Position numbers and translations under genes: made by a program. Positions 57,663-64,000 of a DNA stretch of 64,000 nt are shown piece after piece. Under the pieces are notes generated by a model. It saw only the letters and a program-made list of their open reading frames with translations. It made no database searches and was not told where the DNA came from. Source of the stretch: Hydractinia symbiolongicarpus (lineage: Eukaryota). The stretch lies in contig NC_079879.1 in the NCBI RefSeq assembly GCF_029227915.1, positions 12,068,720 to 12,132,719 of the forward strand, given 5' to 3'. Position 1 is the stretch's first letter; every line of letters begins with the position of its first letter.

Positions 57663-57981
57663 GTATAAAATACAGTTCTAAATGTTATATTTTTGATGGC
57701 CCATTTTTTTGCTTTTTGTTTCCAGTTTGATAACTTGATAACAGTTCAATTAAATTTGCTTCTACTGCTAGAACGAAAAGTAAGTCTAACAAAATAATTA
57801 CCAGTTAAGGTACAGTATTTTATTGCTCTAAAACTTTTTCACCAATTAGGTGTTCAATTTTTGCAAAAAAAAAAACGTTCCTGCTTATCTTTTGGCATGG
57901 CCTTCTGTCTTTAGTTAGTTGTTGCAATTAAACATGGTCGTATAACTACGTTCTAATGTCCTTCTTCTTTAATACTTGTAG

Positions 57982-58598
57982 ATACCATTGCAACAATGAT
58001 GGAAGATAAAACCAAACAAATGTGTTTAACAGATGAAGACCTTATGCTGTTAACTGAACTGTTTTGTTTACCATACGGACATGGTGATAAAGGGAACAAA
58101 CTTTTGCATGAGTTTAAGTGGCTTCTTTCAAACGTCAGTGACATATACGAACAACCACCTAGCAAGGAGAAAGTGTCACGTTGGTTTGACCGTTTGTTGC
58201 GTTGTGACGAACATTGTTCTGATGTTTATAAGCTGTTCGAACACTTCTGTAAAATACCAAATGAAGCCATTCTGTATGACTTGTATCCATATATTTGGGA
58301 CTTAAAAGAGGTTGTGCTAACATTGGACACCTTCGTTCATTGGTTAAGTGATTCAATGACTACAAAATTGCCCATCGACACCGTCAGTGTAAATCAAATG
58401 CCATTAAATATGTCCTTACCACCAATGACAGTTATGAACGACTTTATTGAACCATGGCATATTAATTATTTCGGTGGATTAACTGTGGCTTTACATAGAC
58501 TTCTTCCATTTAGTGGTGGTTTTATGTTTCTTGATCATGCTCCAGACATTCCTTCCAATAATCTTGTCAAAATTCGGACCTTTTCGCAGTCTGACAAA
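57982..58598 (+). CDS. OGA: OGA exon 8 (stalk/helical region: DEDLMLLTELFCLPYGHGDKGNKLLHEFKWL...ILYDLYPYIWDLKEVV...).
   Basis: Human [31 protein letters not shown]...ILYDMYSYVWDIKSIM. Sites TTGTAG / GTAAGA. Confidence 0.8.
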
Positions 58599-58768
58599 GT
58601 AAGACTTGACCTTTTGACTATTAACATTTTCACTTTTTTGCTTTAACATTAGCCGATAAAAATTGGGTATTTTGATGTAATAAGCTGATATATATCCTTT
58701 ATTTCCTTTCTTTGGTATATTTAACTAAAAGATTATAGCTTAAATAACCAAATTTGTTTTCGTTATAG

Positions 58769-59284
58769 GATGCGTTATATAAATTCTGTGCTACGGAAAA
58801 CAAAGCAGAAGATTTTATGATAGATGACGATAAAATCGATATGTGCGGAGATCAGGATATAGGTCGTTACGCCACACTGTGCCCGAGAACCTTGTTTTTA
58901 ATTGAGGATAACAAAGGTATTTGTGGTTACGTAGCAACTGTGCCCAATAACAAACATTTCGTAGAAGAAGTCTATACAAAATGGCTTCCTACAATGAAAG
59001 AGAAATATGCTGACAAAGACGTATTGTCTAGTGTGGCATTCGCTGATGTTGAAAGTTGGAGCTTACCTACTTCATCACATTTAGTGTTCAAATTAAATCC
59101 AAGGGTGCATGACGAGTGTGTCATGAGAAGGATTTTAAGTTCTGCGCTTTCAGTACTTAAAGCGTCCGGATCCACTACTATATATCACCATCTTGAAAAC
59201 GAATTTGAGTTTGATTTTTACACAAAGCTTGGATTCTTTCCTGTCAGTGACGTACAGGAAAAGCTTTTATGGAGGGCGTTATAG
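58769..59284 (+). CDS. OGA: OGA exon 9 (C-terminal pseudo-acetyltransferase domain; stop TAG at 59282-59284).
   Basis: DALYKFCATENK...GICGYVATVPN...FEFDFYTKLGFFPV matches human ASVYKICREMYDD...GICGYALGTVD...ILEFYSKLGCFEI. Confidence 0.8.
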   Translation, partial: DALYKFCATENKAEDFMIDDDKIDMCGDQDIGRYATLCPRTLFLIEDNKGICGYVATVPNNKHFVEEVYTKWLPTMKEKYADKDVLSSVAFADVESWSLPTSSHLVFKLNPRVHDECVMRRILSSALSVLKASGSTTIYHHLENEFEFDFYTKLGFFPVSDVQEKLLWRAL

Positions 59285-60131
59285 TGGGAGTTAGAGTTTC
59301 TCCAGAAAGTGATTTGGGCATCCATTGTGCTTAGTCCCCAACGCGGAGCGTTACGTTTGTAAAGAATATTCTTGTATTTTTCGTTTGTTGTGTTCTACAA
59401 CTTTCCCGCTAATAATTTTGTTTCAGTTAAATTTTCAAATCTGTGTACAGTGAAAAGTCTTTGGAATACCTATGTAAGAATACACAGAAAACACTTGTCT
59501 TGATTTATATTTTTTTACATATGTTAGTCTCTAAGGCAATATATGTTGTGTACATAATACATACATTTGTAGTATAAGAAATTTGTTTTATAAAATTAAG
59601 TTTAAATATATGTGTACAGATACAATTTTAATTTGTTATTAAGCATGCCTTTTTACACGGAAAATCGTGTAATCGATCGATTGACAAGTGACGAGTTCAC
59701 TTGTCAATCGCCGTCCCAGGGTCAGGGAAGATACAAGATGCCCTAGGGAAGAGGTTGAGCCGATAGATCTGGAACAGTGTTTCCTTCGACACTGAACAAG
59801 AAACTATAATGCATTTTGGGTTTCTTATTCGAAGGTCTGTCGCATTACGAGCACCAACAAGACTAGCGCAATGTTTTGAACTATAAAACGTCATATTACT
59901 GTGGAAAGTTTATCATTTCTTGAACATGATAGTTTAGTAGGCGACGTTTCGGGAGATCCTCCCATCATCGGGCAAAGTAAAATGATGTTGAGCATGTATT
60001 TATGTAATTGCAGAGGATCGAAATTCATAAAAATTAACCAATCAGAAACGAGCTGATAATTACAGTTCATTTTTCGAACCTAGGGCCGGTAACCAAATCC
60101 CAGGAAGTCGATACGATATGCTGTTTATGTG

Positions 60132-60428
60132 TTAGTTATGTTCTACACTGTTGATCGTTTCTTTAATCTTCGTGGCCGTTGTTCTAAATTCTCTGTCAAT
60201 GATTTTCTTCTCATCCCAATTAAACTGATAACTTCTGCTCCAGCTGTGGTCCGCAATTTCGTTTTTATTCACATCTCCGTTTCTCACTGCGCGCATATGT
60301 TCTTGTACTCGTTGCTTAAACTTTCTTTTTGTTTCGCCTATATACACTGCATCACAATCTTTACACGGGATTTCGTAAACAACATTGCTTTGTTCTTCCA
60401 GGTTTATTTTGTCTTTTGGTGTAGACAA
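60132..60428 (-). pseudogene. GIY-YIG endonuclease domain of the PLE.
   Basis: GIY-YIG signature YEIPC...YIGET.R....R..EH. Confidence 0.65.
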
Positions 60429-60446
60429 AGTGCTTCTTAGGGTGTC

Positions 60447-61267
60447 TTAAGAGTTAAGAATGCATTTGATCTTGTGTTGCCTTAAAACTCGAAGGATCTT
60501 GCTGGTACCTGGTACGAAGGGTAGGAATGCTGATGCGATAAATTCTTCTGATGTTTCCTTCTTGTCTCCGTTGCATCTTCTCTTCATTTTATTATCTACT
60601 TGCGTGATGACTTTATGACTGTATCCATTTGCGATTAATGCATTTCTTACACGTCGAATTTCTTCTTTCATATCCTGTTTGTCACTGACTACGCTGTTGG
60701 CACGATTCAGTAATGAAGATATGACACTTTCTTTGCAAGATTTCTGATGGTTTGATTCGAAGTTAAGGTATTGGTCAGTGTGTGTTGGTTTACGATAAAC
60801 TGAAACTGAGATGGAACCATTCTTGTGTTTGACCAAAGTGTCCAGGAAAGCGATACTTCCATCGTGTTCAAGCTCAACAGTGAATTTGATTTGTCGGTGT
60901 AAGCCGTTGATGTGTTCATGGAACTCTTCTAGATGAGATCTTTTGATTATGGCGAATACGTCGTCAACAAATCTTTTCCAAACCTTTGGACGTCTGTCTG
61001 ATGTGACTAATGCTGTTGTCTCGTGTGCTTGCATGTATATTTTTGCGACTACTGATAATGCAGGACCTCCCGTGTCAACACCGTCTGTCTGAGTGTAGAA
61101 GTTCTTGTTTTGGTTAGAACAAGTTCGACCAAACGCAGAAAATCCGGTACTGGAATCTTCGTCTTTTCACCAAATGCAGCATCGTTTTCAATAGGGTCTT
61201 TAATGATGTTTAAAGTGCCTTTTATGGGAACATTTGTGTAGAGTGATGTGACATCAAATGATATCAT
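60447..61267 (-). pseudogene. Reverse transcriptase domain of the PLE (two ORF fragments).
   Basis: RT motifs as above. Confidence 0.65.
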
Positions 61268-63820
61268 GCATTCGTCCTCTGCTATCTTTATTTGTCTGAT
61301 GTATTCTGAAAATTCTTTTGAGTTTTTGCTGTGGTCGCTTGCTGTAAATTTGTTGAGGATAAAAGCAACAAATTTGATAAGTTGTATAACGGTGTTCCAG
61401 TGCAGGAGACTATTGGTCGAATTGGATTTCCCTGTTTATAAATTTTTGGTAGTGCGTAAAATCGCAGTGGTGGTCCGTCACAAGGTTTCAGTCAGTAATA
61501 CTGCCTATCATCGATGTATTCTTTTCTCTTTAACTTCATTAAGATATACCTCACTTCTCGTTGGATGACTTCTGTAGGATCTTTCTTGAGAAATTTGTAA
61601 GGCCTGTTTGTTGTTGATGTGTTCGTTGCACTTGTCGATGTAGTCAGGTGTATTCATGAAAACCGTTGTTCTCCCCTTGTCTGCCGGTAGGATTATGATA
61701 TCTTTGTCCTTCTTTAGGTTCTTCAATGACAGTCTTTCAGATTTCTTGCAAATTGTTCTTTGGTGTTTTGCTTTTCTGTAGCGTCAGGCTTACTTTAGCT
61801 CTTACTGTGTCTGTCTCTTCTTCTGGTAGATATCTAATTGCCTCTTCCACTTTCGCAACTATTTCTTTCTTTGGAATTGAAGCTGGTGTCATACACAAAT
61901 TCATTCATTTTGATAGAAGGTTTGTTTCTTCTGTCGTGAGTTGTCTGTTGGAGAGATTGACAATCCATTTGCTCTTTTCTATACCCGTTCATGTATCATC
62001 ATTGAATCTGTCATTGATTTTTTTGAACTTTTTAAGGTGTCTGTCTTTAACCGATCTCATTTCTTTTTCATACATGCTACCGTGAATATTCTTAACCTGT
62101 TTATATTGGTCGATGGAAAGTCATGATTTGATTGTGTTGTCAAGATCAAGTATTTGGCGATGTAGGGTGTTATGTGTTACGTGATTTAGGTGGATTCTTT
62201 CTTGCGACAACTGGCGACTTGCGCGCTGTAAGATTTTCTTACTTCTTTCAGTCTTTCCTCTGCAGGTAAGTCGAAGATCTTTCGGTGTAATTTCGTTGTG
62301 AAGACAACGTAGAGAAAACGTCATATTCCAGTTAAAACCTAGTCTTTTTTATTTTAACGCGCTTTTTTTTAAAAAACGAAGTTTTTACGGAACAGGGAAT
62401 ATAGGTATTTAGAAATATATTCTTGTGTTTATGTGTTATTTTTCTGATTTTTAAGTTCAAATACAAATACGTAGTTGAAAAAAAAAATTCTCATTTTCGA
62501 GGTTACTTCCCCTTCAATAGTTCCAGATGATTGATTTTTTTCTTTTTTTTTAAATGCGGAAAACAAACGCATTTGACCATCATCTCCAAAAATGATGGCC
62601 ACAATGAAAAAAATATAATTGGACAATTGCCCTGCTGCATACAATTCTTCTCTGGGAGCAACCTACCGTGGCGGGTAGTTCTCCAAGGCCTTTTTCCGAA
62701 CTACAGTGTCTATAAGTGAAAGTGTGCATAAAACGCAAACTTGCAAAATAGGCGCACCTTTTTTCTCCAAAACTCACGCGTCTCAGCGTTTACTTTCTCG
62801 GTAGACGCTGGGAACAAACACATATTTCTTAAAAGGTTCTGAAACGGCACACTGGATATATAAACACTAAAAAAATGTTTAAATTTCACGGAAAATTCCT
62901 TCGGCACGCACCCAACGTTGTTAATTCATTGGTAAGGTCCAAGATACGTTTCAAATTGTTTAACAGTACAAGTTCTAGTCATAACAGCTTGACTTAACCC
63001 ATCTTACATCTTATAATGATGAAAAACAAATCGTTTTATTACATTATCACGTCAACACATATTTCAACCTAATGATCCAAACTCATGCACAGGACATCTT
63101 GTTTACGTGCTCCAAGGATCATTATCGTAACGCCGGTCTGATGCCAGAAAAGGAATACAATGCCCTGGGGAAGAAGGTTGCCTCGTGATCATTAATTTCG
63201 CCATTTCAGTCCTCCTGCGTCTTTTGGTTCTACTTTTTACGCAATTATGGTGCCAAATTTTTTTAACTCGTTATACCTGAATTAGCTTTTTTTTTTTAAT
63301 TGTTAGTTGTCTGAATAAAATTTAAAGTACGCTGTTCTCTGCTGCGTAGCCAGCTTGAAGTGGTGACAAACTCAAAGAAAGCCCGTCTCCATGCGGCGTA
63401 ATAAAGATCTCTGGGGACGATATTTAACAAAAGCTGTTTCGCAGGAACGTTCATTACGGTAGCAACAAAGCGGATAACGTATTAGTTTCGCCGTGGGTAC
63501 GACGACTCCTCCGAGAGATCGACAATTTTGTCATAGTTAGCCAAAATTTACGGAGATGTATTCAAATTAGGCAGAAACGTGTCGCATAACAAAAGAGATA
63601 ATAACGCGTGTTTTTATTTACGAAATTAAAAACTGACTTTACAACATTGCGTTTTATGGTAGTAAGTGCGACCAATATTGTATTTCGATAAGCAAGAAAT
63701 CGTGGTAGCGAACGAGGCAGTTCTCTTGTGTTTTTAAGATTGACGCAGTGTATATTCGTACGCACTTTTGCCCATTTTTGCGTACGTATATGTTCATCCG
63801 CTATTCGTACGTAAAGTGAT

Positions 63821-63850
63821 TTAGGGTTAGGGTTAGGGTTAGGGTTAGGA
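63821..63850 (+). repeat. Interstitial telomere-like repeat (TTAGGG)4 plus TTAGGA.
   Basis: Direct reading. It is only 30 bp and lies inside unique sequence. Confidence 0.8.
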
Positions 63851-64000
63851 TTCTATTAATACGCACTTTATGTCATATTAAAGGGAAAACATTAGTTACA
63901 AGAGTCCATTGGTAGGTCGTATTTTTTTTTATCATGTCGTACTTGCACTGGAGAAATGCTGAACATAGAGCATACTGAAAAAATACCGAACAAAGCAACA

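Larger units (their letters stand above)
60100..62350 (-). mobile_element. Penelope-like retroelement (PLE), degenerate: RT domain followed by a C-terminal GIY-YIG endonuclease, split into at least 5 ORFs by frameshifts.
   Basis: 61049-61267 SFDVTSLYTNVP (RT motif). 60447-61034 RFVDDVF (RT motif C). 60132-60428 VVYEIPCKDCDAVYIGETKRKFKQRVQEH (GIY-YIG). Confidence 0.7.

Noticed and set aside
63821-63850. A chromosome-end telomere
   Set aside because: Only 4.5 TTAGGG units, followed by unique sequence. This is an interstitial telomere-like repeat, consistent with a TTAGGG-telomere taxon but not a chromosome terminus.

Overview
The window is eukaryotic, AT-rich nuclear DNA. Spliced host genes with GT..AG introns, tRNA-derived SINEs, LINE and Penelope-like fragments and a short internal TTAGGG run point to a metazoan. 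It has three parts. (1) 1-15.2 kb is a tandem satellite: ~735-bp long units and ~240-bp short units with a near-identical 3682-bp higher-order repeat. A 5'-truncated LINE tail sits inside it, and there is an orientation-switched variant block. (2) 16.9-35.4 kb is the interesting part. Several partial copies of an apparently undescribed TIR-bounded element encoding a protein-primed family-B DNA polymerase (pPolB) are nested in the satellite. The ~250-bp terminal repeats carry paired TGATGACGTCA (CRE/ATF-like) palindromes and (TAC)n tips. Besides pPolB there are only small ORFs; no integrase, capsid, ATPase or protease gene is visible, so this does not look like a canonical Polinton/Maverick. 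The copies form a ~6-kb-arm inverted duplication, arms ~93-95% identical with complementary frameshifts, around a 3.3-kb spacer. One TIR-bounded 6.2-kb copy (29122-35360) is an internal-deletion derivative whose pPolB lacks the exonuclease domain. (3) 36.3-64 kb is ordinary gene space. It holds a multi-exon ZNHIT2-like gene on the minus strand whose introns contain a MITE and a long-TIR DNA transposon carrying a Pif1 helicase fragment. It also holds an intronless 408-aa ORF, two SINEs of one family, a hAT transposase remnant, a CCTAATTAGG-motif element, a complete 9-exon O-GlcNAcase (OGA) gene on the plus strand, a degenerate Penelope-like retroelement (RT plus GIY-YIG), and a 4.5-copy TTAGGG run.
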